Assembly (NCBI GenBank): GCA_963844825.1
Contig: CAWJPQ010000002.1
Coordinates: 7,094-71,093 of the forward strand
Source of the DNA: an uncultured Gammaproteobacteria bacterium
GTDB taxonomy: Bacteria > Pseudomonadota > Gammaproteobacteria > CAWJPQ01
Length of the DNA stretch: 64,000 nucleotides
Direction: 5' to 3'
The notes below the pieces were generated by a model, which had not been told where the DNA came from, searched no databases, and saw nothing but the letters and a program-made list of their open reading frames with translations. Position numbers and translations under genes: made by a program. Of the stretch, positions 40,203 through 51,255 are shown one piece after another (within the stretch, counting starts at the first letter, position 1; each line of letters opens with the position of its first letter).

Positions 40203-40325
40203 ACAGTGCCGATTTCCCCGAGCTCTGGCCGGTAGGGCAGCCGTGCACCGGCGCTGGCTACAAACAATGAGAGCAACCGATTACTTCTATGCACCGTTTC
40301 ACAGGATCTAATAGGAAATACTCCC

Positions 40326-41702
40326 TTGTCAGCTGAAAACGAATCCTCGGGCACCGACACCAGGCGCAAGATACTCTACCTGCTGGAGACCCTGCAGCAA
40401 ACGGCCGGCGGGGAGGCGCTCTATCAATACCTCGAGGGACTGCTCAACGACCTGGACCGCACCCACACCCATACCGAGGAGGTCTATCTCAGCCTGATCA
40501 GGGGCCTGCTGGAGAAGCTGTCGGCGCACCTGCCCGCCGACTCACCCCTGCGCACACAGCTCAAGCTGATGCAGCTGAGCTTCACCCCTCCCATGACCAC
40601 CGCCGAGCTGAGGCGGCTCGAGCAACGCCTGGGGGATATCACCGCCAGCGAGTCCGCCCTTGCGGACGCCTCCACCAACCATGTAGTGGAGATGGCCCTG
40701 CGCCAGCTGATCGACCACCTCGGGCTCGGCGGCGCGCAGGCGCCCGCCCCCCGCCAGGAACCCCCGCCTGCACCGTCGGAGCCGCCCCCCGCCGCCGCCC
40801 CGGAGCCCCCTCCTGCGCCGACGCCGGACCAAGGTGCCGTGGTGCCCCTGGAGAGCGCCCAGCAGCAGCAGGTGGATAACAAACGCCAGCGGTTCCAGGA
40901 GGTCCAGAAGACACTGACCCAACAGGTCACTGAGGTCATCAAGCAAAACGAGGAGTTCGGCGTCTTTCTGGAGGTCGAGCTTGATGCCCTGCGCCAGGCG
41001 GGCAACATCCAGGAAGTGGATACCCTGAGGCAGATGCTGTGCAAGGAAGTGGAAAAGCTGCTGCAGCGCCACCGCTCCCTGGCCAGCAAGCTCGACCGCA
41101 GCCACAGCTACCTGCAGATCATCGAGACGGACAGTCAGCTGCTCACCGACGAACTGAGCCGCGTGCACCTGCTGAGTCTTACCGACGAGCTGACCGGCCT
41201 GCCCAACCGCCGGGCCTTCACCCGGCGCCTCGAAGACGAAGTGGCCCGCGTCCAGCGCTACGGTTACCCGCTGTCCCTGGCCCTGATGGACCTCGACCAT
41301 TTCAAGGCCATTAACGATGAGTACGGCCACGCGGCGGGCGACGAGGTGCTGCGCAGTTTCTCCACCAACATCCTGTCCATGTTCCGCCACCACGACATGG
41401 TGTCACGCTACGGCGGCGAGGAGTTTGCGGTCCTGCTCCCCAATACCGACCTGGAAGGGGCCATGCGCGCGCTGCGCAAGGTTCAGAAGCGGGCCACCGA
41501 GTCCACCTATCAGTTCAACGGCAGCACCATGCCCCTGCCCACCTTCTCGGCGGGGCTCGCCCTGTACAAACCCGGAGAGACGCCGGGCAACCTCATCGAA
41601 CGGGCGGACACCGCCCTGTACCGGGCCAAGCGCCTGGGGCGCAACCGCATCGAGCAGGGCACCCACGAAGGCCAGGAGCGCCCCCCGCGCACCGATACCT
41701 GA
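40326..41702 (+). CDS. diguanylate cyclase (coiled-coil/Pro-rich N-terminal region + GGDEF domain)
   Basis: DELTGLPNRRAF...RYGGEEFAVLL...YRAKRLGRNR. The only in-frame start near the 5' end is TTG at 40326. Confidence 0.85.
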   Translation: MSAENESSGTDTRRKILYLLETLQQTAGGEALYQYLEGLLNDLDRTHTHTEEVYLSLIRGLLEKLSAHLPADSPLRTQLKLMQLSFTPPMTTAELRRLEQRLGDITASESALADASTNHVVEMALRQLIDHLGLGGAQAPAPRQEPPPAPSEPPPAAAPEPPPAPTPDQGAVVPLESAQQQQVDNKRQRFQEVQKTLTQQVTEVIKQNEEFGVFLEVELDALRQAGNIQEVDTLRQMLCKEVEKLLQRHRSLASKLDRSHSYLQIIETDSQLLTDELSRVHLLSLTDELTGLPNRRAFTRRLEDEVARVQRYGYPLSLALMDLDHFKAINDEYGHAAGDEVLRSFSTNILSMFRHHDMVSRYGGEEFAVLLPNTDLEGAMRALRKVQKRATESTYQFNGSTMPLPTFSAGLALYKPGETPGNLIERADTALYRAKRLGRNRIEQGTHEGQERPPRTDT

Positions 41703-41713
41703 TCGGAGGCGGG

Positions 41714-42670
41714 TCAGGGGGTCTCGATCATGGCCTGCACCACCGCGGTCCAGGCCAGTGCCAGGTTTTGACGATTGTACCCGCCGCCCCCCAGGGCCAG
41801 GAGACGGCCGCTGCAGTAGCGGTCGGCCAGCCGGCACAGCCGCGTGGCGGCGTGGCGGTGGGCCTCGCGGGTCAGGGCCAGGTGGGTGATCGGATCCCCG
41901 CCCAGGCTGTCGGCACCGCACTGCAGCAGGATGAACTCGGGCCGGGCACGTTCGGCGAACTGCTCCACCTGTTCCCAGGCCTCCATGAACGCGGCATCCC
42001 CGGCCGAGGGCTTTAGGGGAAGATTGATCTTGGTGCCCCGCGCCGCGCCCTTGCCGGTCTCCTCGCCCCCGCCGGTGCCGGGGTACAGATACCGCCCATC
42101 CTCATGGATATCCGCTATATAGACCCGCGGATCGTCCTCGAAGGCGTAGAACACCCCGTCGCCGTGATGGGCGTCGATGTCCACATAGAGTACGCGCTCC
42201 AGGCCGTAATCCGACAGCAGGTGCTCGATGACCACGCCGCAGTCGTTGAACACGCAAAAGCCGGCGGCCCCCTCGCGGCGCGCATGGTGCAGCCCGCCGA
42301 TGGGCACGAATGCCCGGCGGCATTCGCCGCTCATGAGCCGGCGGGCGGCGTCCAGGGCGGAGCCCGCCACATGGGCAGCCGCTTCGTAGACGCCGGTGAA
42401 CGCGGGCGTATCGCCGTAATCCAGATAACCCTGACCGGTCACGGACTGGGCCTTGACCCGTTCCACGTACGAGTGCTCATGAAAGCGCTCGATAGCGGCC
42501 TGGGGGGCCGCGACCGGGGGGCATACATGAACGAGGTCGGCGACGCCGCGCTTTTGGGCGTGGTTCCAAAAGGCGTCCATGCGATCGGGGCCGAAGGGGT
42601 GCCCCTCGCCGAAGCCATAGGCGGCCAGGGCCTCACCGATATACACACATACCTTGGGCAAGTCTGCCAT
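41714..42670 (-). CDS. histone deacetylase-family (AcuC/AphA-like) deacetylase
   Basis: GGLHHARREGAAGFCVFND...YVDIDAHHGDGV...YPGTGG. Confidence 0.85.
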   Translation of the reverse strand: MADLPKVCVYIGEALAAYGFGEGHPFGPDRMDAFWNHAQKRGVADLVHVCPPVAAPQAAIERFHEHSYVERVKAQSVTGQGYLDYGDTPAFTGVYEAAAHVAGSALDAARRLMSGECRRAFVPIGGLHHARREGAAGFCVFNDCGVVIEHLLSDYGLERVLYVDIDAHHGDGVFYAFEDDPRVYIADIHEDGRYLYPGTGGGEETGKGAARGTKINLPLKPSAGDAAFMEAWEQVEQFAERARPEFILLQCGADSLGGDPITHLALTREAHRHAATRLCRLADRYCSGRLLALGGGGYNRQNLALAWTAVVQAMIETP

Positions 42671-42751
42671 GGTTGTCACTGCGCACTGGTGAAGTGGCCC
42701 TTCATATTGAACGGGGAAACGCCGCCGTGCAAGCACCTAAAAAAGCAACTT

Positions 42752-42795
42752 CCTGATCCTTGCTTCTACCCTTCAGGGTAGAAGCAAGGATCAGG
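42752..42795. repeat. 44-bp near-perfect palindrome (21-bp arms, 2-nt centre)
   Basis: CCTGATCCTTGCTTCTACCCT-tc-AGGGTAGAAGCAAGGATCAGG. Related to the hairpin at 25202..25238. A further REP-like motif follows at ~42830..42870. Confidence 0.85.
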
Positions 42796-42882
42796 GGGTG
42801 GGGTGGGGCGCCGCCGTTATATCCAGTACCCCCTCACCCCGGCCCTGAGGGAGCGGGGAAAGAGGGAAACACCTCGAAAAAC

Positions 42883-43821
42883 TCAGGGCCGGTTGTCCGC
42901 CTCGGCGCCCTCTTTTTTCACCGGCATCAGGTCCGCCTTGCTGACCCCGAGCAACAGGGCCATGCTGCTGGCGATATAGATGGAGGAGTAGGTCCCGACG
43001 ACGATGCCGACGATCAGGGCCAGGGAGAAGTTGTGAATGATCTCACCGCCGAACACGTACAGGGAGATACACACGAGCAGTGTCGTCAGGGAGGTCATGA
43101 TGGTGCGCGACAGGGTCTGATTGACCGCGACGTTGATCACCTCCATCGGTGTACCCTTGCGGATCTTCCTGAAGTTCTCGCGGATCCGGTCGTACACCAC
43201 GATGGTATCGTTGAGGGAATAACCGATCACCGCCAGCACCGCCGCCAGGACGGTCAGGTTGAATTCCAACTGGAACAGGGAAAAGGCCCCCACGGTGATG
43301 ATGACGTCATGGATCGTGGCGATAATGGAACCGACGGCGAAGCGGTACTCGAAGCGCAGATAGACATAGACGAGGATGCCGAACAGGGCGCCGAGCATGG
43401 CCAGCCCCCCCTGCTCGGTCAGCTCCTGCCCGACCTGCGGGCCGATGAACTCCACCCGGCGCAGGTCCACGTGCTGCTTGCTCTCCTGGCGCAGGTCCTG
43501 CAAGACCTCGTTGCTCAGCTTCTGCTGGTCTTCGCCGCTACGCGAGGCGATGCGGATCAGCACGTCCTGGGGCGTGCCGAAGTACTGGACCACGGCACCG
43601 CCGAAGCCCTTCTTATTGAGGGTGGCCCGGATATCACCCAGGTCCGCCGGCTTCTCATAACCGACCTCCAGCAGGGTGCCCCCGGTAAAGTCGATGCCGA
43701 AGTTCAGGCCGCGCACCGCAAACGAGATCACGGACACCAGTATCAGCAAACCCGACACCACGAAGGCCGCCGAGCGCTTGCCCATGAAATTGATATTCGT
43801 TGTACCCTTGGACGATCTCAT
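42883..43821 (-). CDS. secF: protein translocase subunit SecF
   Basis: INFMGKRSAAFVVSGLLILVSVISFAVRGLNFGIDFTGG... Confidence 0.95.
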   Translation of the reverse strand: MRSSKGTTNINFMGKRSAAFVVSGLLILVSVISFAVRGLNFGIDFTGGTLLEVGYEKPADLGDIRATLNKKGFGGAVVQYFGTPQDVLIRIASRSGEDQQKLSNEVLQDLRQESKQHVDLRRVEFIGPQVGQELTEQGGLAMLGALFGILVYVYLRFEYRFAVGSIIATIHDVIITVGAFSLFQLEFNLTVLAAVLAVIGYSLNDTIVVYDRIRENFRKIRKGTPMEVINVAVNQTLSRTIMTSLTTLLVCISLYVFGGEIIHNFSLALIVGIVVGTYSSIYIASSMALLLGVSKADLMPVKKEGAEADNRP

Positions 43822-43868
43822 CGATGCTCTCTATTGACTGCTGAACGCAAATTCATTTCCCCGGCCGC

Positions 43869-45729
43869 TCAGATGGTGAGCTTCGCCAGCTTGCGGCCCC
43901 CGTACAAGGTGTTGACCAGGGCGCGGGTACCCATGATCGCGGTGAACATGGACGTCAGGATGCCGATGGACAGGGTGACGGCGAAGCCCTTGATAGGGCC
44001 CGTGCCCAAGACCGAACAACATCAGGGCGGCGATCAAGGTGGTGATATTGGAGTCGGCGATGGTGGCCATGGCCCGCTCGTAGCCCGCGTTGATGCTGGC
44101 CTGGGGGGTATTGCCGTTGCGCAGCTCCTCCCTGATCCGTTCGAAGATCAGCACGTTGGCGTCCACGGACATGCCCACCGTCAGCACGATACCGGCGATG
44201 CCCGGCATGGTCAGGGTCGCCTGAAACATGGACAGGATCGATACGATCAGGATCACGTTGATCGCCAGCGCCAGATCCGCGATCAGGCCGAAGGCCTTGT
44301 AACGGTAGATCATGAACAGCACCACCACGATGAAGCCGATGACCGCCGACATGAAGCCCTGCTCGATATTGTCCTGGCCGAGGCTCGGGCCCACGGTGCG
44401 CTCCTCGATGATGCTGATGGGCGCCGCCAGGGCCCCGGCCCTCAGCAGCAAGGCCAGATTGCGCGCCTCGTCGGAACTGTCCAGGCCGGTGATCTGAAAC
44501 CGCTTGCTGAACGCATCCCGGATGGTGGCCACGTTGATGACCTTCTCCACCTTCTTATTGGTCCGCACGGGCTTGCCGTCGACCATCCGCGTCTCGGCCT
44601 TGCTCTCGATATAGACCACGGCCATGGGCCGGCCGATGTTGTCCTGGGTGACCCGGGCCATTTTCCGGGCGCCGTTGCCGTCCAGTGTGATGTTCACGTT
44701 GGGGGACCCGGTCTGCTGGTCGAACCCCGAGGCGGCGTCGATGATCTGATCGCCGGTCACGATGATCTGCTTTTTGAGCAGGATGGGCGAGCCGTCGCGC
44801 TCGTGGTACAGCCGGTCGCTGGGCGGCACCCGGCCCGAGACCGCATCCTGCACGCTGTGCTGGGTGTCCACCAGGCGGAACTCCAGGGTGGCCGTGGCCC
44901 CGAGGATTTCCTTGGCCCGCGCCGGGTCCTGGACACCCGGCAGCTCTACCACGATCCGGTCCTGACCCTGGCGCTGGATCACGGGCTCGGCCACGCCGAG
45001 CTCGTTGACGCGGTTGCGCAGGGTGGTGATGTTCTGCTGCAGCGCGAACTCCCGGGTCTGCTTGATCTCCTTGGCGGTGAGATTGGCCTCGACGACGAAC
45101 CCCTTGTCACCGCCTTTGGTCTCTTTGACCTGCAGGTCCTGGTAGTCGTCGGAGATCAGCTTGCGCACCTTGTCCAGATCGCCCTGGGACCGCAGTTGCA
45201 CCACCACATCGGCGCTGCGCGAGCTGCCGATGTCCAGATAGCGAATCCGCTTGGAACGCAGCGTGGTGCGAAGGTCGCTCACATAGCGCTCCTTGGCCTG
45301 ATCCACCGCCGCCTTCATATCGACCTGCATCAAAAAGTGCACGCCGCCGCGCAGATCCAGCCCCAGGTACATGGGCAGGGCGTTGACGTCCGACAGCCAC
45401 TTGGGCGAGGCCGGCGCGAGATTGAGGGCCACGACATAACCCACTCCCAGGGCGTCGTGCAGGAGCTGGCGGGCCTTGAGCTGGGTCTCGGTGCCCGCGA
45501 AGCGGATCGTCAGGCCCTTGTCCCCCTGGGTAATGGGCTTGTGTTTGAGCCCCGCCTTATCCAGGGCCTTGCGCACCTTGGCCTCCACATCGGCCTTGAC
45601 GGCGCCGCCGCTCGCCGACGAAATCTGGACGGCGGGATTGTCCCCATAGAGATTGGGCAGCGCATAGATACAACCCACGACCAGAACGGCCACGATCAGC
45701 AGATACTTCCAGAGAGGATATTGGTTCAT
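43869..45729 (-). pseudogene. secD: protein translocase subunit SecD, frameshift near 43995 affecting the last ~40 codons
   Basis: MNQYPLWKYLLIVAVLVVGCIYALPNLYG...[15 protein letters not shown], then out of frame. The authentic tail [41 protein letters not shown] ends at TGA 43869..43871. Confidence 0.9.
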
Positions 45730-45745
45730 CGTTCAGACGCGGTGA

Positions 45746-46096
45746 TCAGGAGCCGCCTTGGCGGTTGACGGGCTTGTACGTCCCTTTGGGGACGACCGAT
45801 GCGATGGAATTCTTTTGCAGCCTGATCTCCAGGCCTTTGGCGATCTCAAGGGCCACAAAGCTCTCGTCCACCTCCGTGACCTTGCCCAGCACGCCCCCGG
45901 AGGAGACGATCTCGTCACCCTTTGACAAGGACTCGACCATTTCCTTGTGCTGCTTGGCGCGCTTGATCTGAGGCCGCAGCAGCAGGAAATACAGCATAAC
46001 GACAAAGACCAACAACAGGACAATGTTGAAAATCCCTGTCGTGGCGGCATCCGGCGCGCCGCCTTGCGCCCACGCATCTGGTATCAAAAGACTCAT
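45746..46096 (-). CDS. yajC: preprotein translocase subunit YajC
   Basis: VVMLYFLLLRPQIKRAKQHKEMVESLSKGDEIVSSGGVLGKV. Confidence 0.9.
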   Translation of the reverse strand: MSLLIPDAWAQGGAPDAATTGIFNIVLLLVFVVMLYFLLLRPQIKRAKQHKEMVESLSKGDEIVSSGGVLGKVTEVDESFVALEIAKGLEIRLQKNSIASVVPKGTYKPVNRQGGS

Positions 46097-46133
46097 TACT
46101 TGCCCCTTATCTTGCTTTACTGATTGGTCATTA

Positions 46134-47276
<1,143 letters not shown>

Positions 47277-47279
47277 TCA

Positions 47280-48311
47280 TCACCTGCGCGGCGGGGTAAT
47301 GAACATGGCGTCCCCATAGCTGAGGAAACGATAGCGCCCCTCGATGGCATACCGGTAGGCCTCCATGATCCGCTCCGTCCCCGCAAAGGCGCACACCAGC
47401 ATCAAGAGCGTGGACTCCGGCAAATGAAAATTGGTGATCATAGCATCTACACTAATAAAGTCATAGCCTGGGTAGATGAACATGCTCGTCTCGCCCCGGT
47501 ATGGCTCGATCCGTCCCGAGCGGGACGCCGACTCCAGGGCCCGCACGCTGGTGGTCCCCACCGCGACGACCCGCCCGCCCCGCGCCCGGGCCCGGGCCAC
47601 CTGATCGCACAACGCCGGCGCGACCTCCATGACCTCCGGGTGCATCCTGTGCTCGGTGACCTGCTCGGCGCGCACCGGCTGAAACGTCCCCGCGCCCACA
47701 TGCAGCGTCACATAGCCGAGTTCGACCCCCTTGTCCCGCAGGAGGGTCAACAGGGCCTCGTCGAAGTGCAGCCCGGCCGTGGGGGCGGCCACCGACCCGG
47801 GGTGACGCGCATAGACGGTCTGATACCGCTCCTGATCCTGTTCGTCCGCGTCGCGTCGGATGTACGGCGGCAGGGGCACGCGACCGATTTGCCCGAGCAG
47901 CCGGGCCACCCCCTGCGGGGCCTCGAAGGTCACCAGATAAAGGTTCCCCCGGCGCCCGGTCACCGTCGCCGCCGCCCCGCCCGGCAACTCGATGCGGCCT
48001 CCGTCGCGCGGGGGTTTGCTGGCGCGGATATGGACCAGGGCCCGCCCGGCATCGAGCAGGCGTTCGACCAGGATCTCCACACTGCCCCCGCTGGCCTTGC
48101 GCCCGAACAGGCGCGCCGGGATCACCCGGCTGTCATTGAGCACCAGCAGGTCCCCGGGCGACAGCAGGCCCGACAGATCGTCCAGCCTTTTGTCGGACAA
48201 GGTCGCACGGCCGGCATCCAGCACCAGCAAGCGGCTGTCACGCCTGCCCGGGAGCGGTTGCTGGGCGATCAATTCAGCGGGGAGATGATAATAAAAGTCG
48301 CTCAAGTACAT
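47280..48311 (-). CDS. queA: S-adenosylmethionine:tRNA ribosyltransferase-isomerase
   Basis: MYLSDFYYHLPAELIAQQPL...VGTTSVRALES... Confidence 0.95.
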   Translation of the reverse strand: MYLSDFYYHLPAELIAQQPLPGRRDSRLLVLDAGRATLSDKRLDDLSGLLSPGDLLVLNDSRVIPARLFGRKASGGSVEILVERLLDAGRALVHIRASKPPRDGGRIELPGGAAATVTGRRGNLYLVTFEAPQGVARLLGQIGRVPLPPYIRRDADEQDQERYQTVYARHPGSVAAPTAGLHFDEALLTLLRDKGVELGYVTLHVGAGTFQPVRAEQVTEHRMHPEVMEVAPALCDQVARARARGGRVVAVGTTSVRALESASRSGRIEPYRGETSMFIYPGYDFISVDAMITNFHLPESTLLMLVCAFAGTERIMEAYRYAIEGRYRFLSYGDAMFITPPRR

Positions 48312-48414
48312 GGGGCGTTAAGGGGCCGAGGGGCTACGGGAAAAGTATAACTCGGGGCACGCCCGTGAATCTGCTTTACCCCCTCGAACGGAGGCTAGTA
48401 TACTGTATCGCGCG

Positions 48415-48501
48415 GCCGGGATGGCGGAATTGGTAGACGCGCCGGACTCAAAATCCGGTGGTTTTGCGACCGTGAGAGTTCGAGTCTCTCTCCCGGCACC
48501 A
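48415..48501 (+). tRNA. tRNA-Leu (anticodon CAA)
   Basis: GCCGGGATGGCGGAATTGGTAGACGCGCCGGACTCAAAATCCGGTGGTTTTGCGACCGTGAGAGTTCGAGTCTCTCTCCCGGCACCA. Forms a cloverleaf with a long variable arm. Confidence 0.95.
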
Positions 48502-48689
48502 TGTCAAGTATGTTGGCACGTGCGATGCGGCTAAACCCCGGGACAGGTGTGCCGATAAAAGTCACAATAATAAAGACACCACCCCACCGTGACGAGGTTG
48601 TGACCCGACTGCGCACCCCGTAACCCCGCGCCGCGGTTCACTTGATCCCTCTGACCTAAACCCTTGGCCCTACTCCGAAATGGGATGAT

Positions 48690-51245
48690 GTGATGACAGG
48701 AACGCTTTATTCACTGGAAGTTAGGCCCACGCTGCCGGAACGGCTGTCCCGCCTCGAAGAGCTTTCCAACGACCTGATGTACAGCTGGGACCGGGCGGTG
48801 CGACGCCTGTTCTTCCGCCTGGACAGGGACCTGTGGGACAGCTGCGGCCATAACCCGAAGATATTCCTTCACCGCGTCTCGCAAAAGCGTCTGGAACAGG
48901 CCGCCGAAGATCCGATTTACATCGAAGACTATAACCGTGTGCTGTCGGTCTATGACTCCTATCACAGCGAGACATCGACCCGCTTCGATGCGCTGCTCAA
49001 CCCCGACGAGGACTTGATTGCATACTTCTGCGCCGAGTTCGGGCTGCACGAGAGCGTGCCCCTGTACTCCGGCGGCCTCGGCATACTCGCGGGTGATCAC
49101 TGCAAGGCGGCCAGCGACCTGCGCCTGCCGTTCGTCGCCGTGGGCATCCTCTACCGGCAAGGCTATTTCACCCAGCTCATCGACGCCCATGGTAACCAGG
49201 TCGCCCACTACTCCCCGATCCACCCTACCGACCTGCCGATCAAGCCGGCGCTCGACGCCGAGGGCAAGGAGGTCTACGTCAGCGTCACCATGCCCGGCCG
49301 CCAGGTCAAGCTGAAGGTATGGAAGGCCAAGGCGGGACATATCACCCTCTATCTGCTGGACAGCGATCTTCAGGAAAACAACGTCGCCGACCGCTCCATT
49401 ACCTATCAACTCTATGGCGGCGACATCAACACGCGCATGCAACAGGAAGTGGTCCTCGGCATCGGCGGGGTGCGGGCCCTGCGCGCCGTGGGACTCAACC
49501 CCACGGTATGGCACATCAACGAGGGGCACTCGGCCTTCATGGTGCTGGAACGCTCCCGGGAGCTGGTGGGCCGGGGCTTCGATTTCGACAGCGCCATGGA
49601 GCTGGTCTCCGCCAGCACGGTGTTCACCACCCATACCCCCGTGCCGGCCGGCCATGACATCTTCGACCACCACCTGATGAGCACGTACTTCGCCGACTAT
49701 ATCAAAGAGCTGAAGGTCGACATGCACCGCTTCCTGGAACTGGGCTCGAGCCCGGTCAACAACCAGGGCTTCAACCAGACCGCCCTGGCCCTGCGAGGCT
49801 CCCGGTTCCACAACGGCGTCAGCCGTATCCACGGCGGCGTGGCCTCCAACATGGAGTCCTATATCTGGCCCCAGATCCCGCCGGACGAGAACCCCATCGG
49901 CTACGTGACCAACGGCGTGCACGTCCCGACCTTCCTGGCGCGCGAGTGGATCAACCTGTTCGACATGCGCTTCGGCGGCGAGTGGCGCAATGAATTGCGC
50001 AACGACGAGTACTGGGAGAGGATCGACGACATACCCGACCAGTCCTACTGGAGCCTGCGCCAGACCCTGAAGTCCGAACTGCTGGATGACGTGCGCCGGC
50101 GGGTGATCATGCAATTGCGCCGCAACGAGTGCAGCGAGGTGCAGATCGAACGGGCCACGCGCTACCTGCACTCGGAGCAGACCGACATCCTCACCATCGG
50201 CTTCGCGCGCCGCTTCGCCACCTACAAGCGCTCAACCCTGCTGTTCACCGACCCCGAACGCCTGGAACGACTGCTCGCCGACCAGGAGCGCCCGGTCGTC
50301 ATACTGTTCGCCGGCAAGGCCCATCCCAACGACGCCCCGGGGCAGCAGTTGATCAAGGCGATACATGATTTCACCCGCCGGCCCGGCTGCGAGGGCAAGG
50401 TCATCCTGCTCGAGGACTACGACCTGGCCCTGGCGCGCAAGCTGGTGATGGGTGTCGACGTGTGGCTGAACAACCCCGAGTACCCCCTGGAGGCCAGCGG
50501 CACCTCCGGGCAAAAGGTCGCCATCAACGGGGGCATCAATTTGAGCGTCCTCGACGGCTGGTGGGACGAGGGTTACAACGGCGCCAACGGCTGGGCCATT
50601 ACCCCCCACGGCGAGCAGCACGAACCGGCCTACCGCGACCGGGAAGAGGCCTATACGCTGCTGGAGATCCTGGAAGAGCAGGTCGTCCCCCTTTACTACA
50701 AGCGCGACAAGCACGGCTTCTCCAGCGAATGGGTCAGGCTGTCCAAGGCATCCATGAAGTCCATCATCCCGCGCTTCAACGCCCTGCGCATGGTCATGGA
50801 TTACGTCATCGACTACTATGCGCCGGCGGCGCTCCACGGCAAGCAGACCGCCCGCGACAACGAACAGCCGGCCCGCACCCTCGCCCAATGGAAGCGCAAG
50901 ATTCACCGGCTGTGGCCCAAGCTCCAGATCAGGCGCACGGATCACGCCCCGTCCGTGGTGAAGGCCGGCAACGCCCTGACCCTGGAGGTGACGGCCAACC
51001 TGGACGGTCTCGAGCCCTCGGACGTCATTGTCGAGTGCCTGATCGGCTCGGCCACGGAGGGCGACTTCATGATCGTGGAGGACCACCAGCTCACGGCCCA
51101 GGAGCGCACCCCCACCGGGGAGACCGTGTTCCGCCTGGAGCTGTACCCCTCTCTGCCCGGACTGCAGCATTACAAATTGAGGGTCTACCCCTACAATCCC
51201 CTGCTCGGCCACCGTTTCGAGACCGGCTATATGATCTGGCTGTAG
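48690..51245 (+). CDS. alpha-glucan phosphorylase family protein (GT35, MalP/GlgP-like with DUF3417-type N-terminus)
   Basis: 851 aa. YFCAEFGLHESVPLYSGGLGILAGDH...EASGTSGQKVAINGG (PLP-lysine motif). Start is GTG 48690 or ATG 48693. Confidence 0.9.
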   Translation: MMTGTLYSLEVRPTLPERLSRLEELSNDLMYSWDRAVRRLFFRLDRDLWDSCGHNPKIFLHRVSQKRLEQAAEDPIYIEDYNRVLSVYDSYHSETSTRFDALLNPDEDLIAYFCAEFGLHESVPLYSGGLGILAGDHCKAASDLRLPFVAVGILYRQGYFTQLIDAHGNQVAHYSPIHPTDLPIKPALDAEGKEVYVSVTMPGRQVKLKVWKAKAGHITLYLLDSDLQENNVADRSITYQLYGGDINTRMQQEVVLGIGGVRALRAVGLNPTVWHINEGHSAFMVLERSRELVGRGFDFDSAMELVSASTVFTTHTPVPAGHDIFDHHLMSTYFADYIKELKVDMHRFLELGSSPVNNQGFNQTALALRGSRFHNGVSRIHGGVASNMESYIWPQIPPDENPIGYVTNGVHVPTFLAREWINLFDMRFGGEWRNELRNDEYWERIDDIPDQSYWSLRQTLKSELLDDVRRRVIMQLRRNECSEVQIERATRYLHSEQTDILTIGFARRFATYKRSTLLFTDPERLERLLADQERPVVILFAGKAHPNDAPGQQLIKAIHDFTRRPGCEGKVILLEDYDLALARKLVMGVDVWLNNPEYPLEASGTSGQKVAINGGINLSVLDGWWDEGYNGANGWAITPHGEQHEPAYRDREEAYTLLEILEEQVVPLYYKRDKHGFSSEWVRLSKASMKSIIPRFNALRMVMDYVIDYYAPAALHGKQTARDNEQPARTLAQWKRKIHRLWPKLQIRRTDHAPSVVKAGNALTLEVTANLDGLEPSDVIVECLIGSATEGDFMIVEDHQLTAQERTPTGETVFRLELYPSLPGLQHYKLRVYPYNPLLGHRFETGYMIWL

Positions 51246-51255
51246 CAGGCCGGGT

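Noticed and set aside
40154-40369. 71-aa minus-strand ORF
   Set aside because: It spans the tandem 15-mer repeat and overlaps the start of the diguanylate cyclase gene. It has no SD.
42760-45768. 1002-aa plus-strand ORF
   Set aside because: It is antisense to secF and secD, which have unmistakable sequences. It begins inside REP-like repeats. This is a high-GC antisense artefact.
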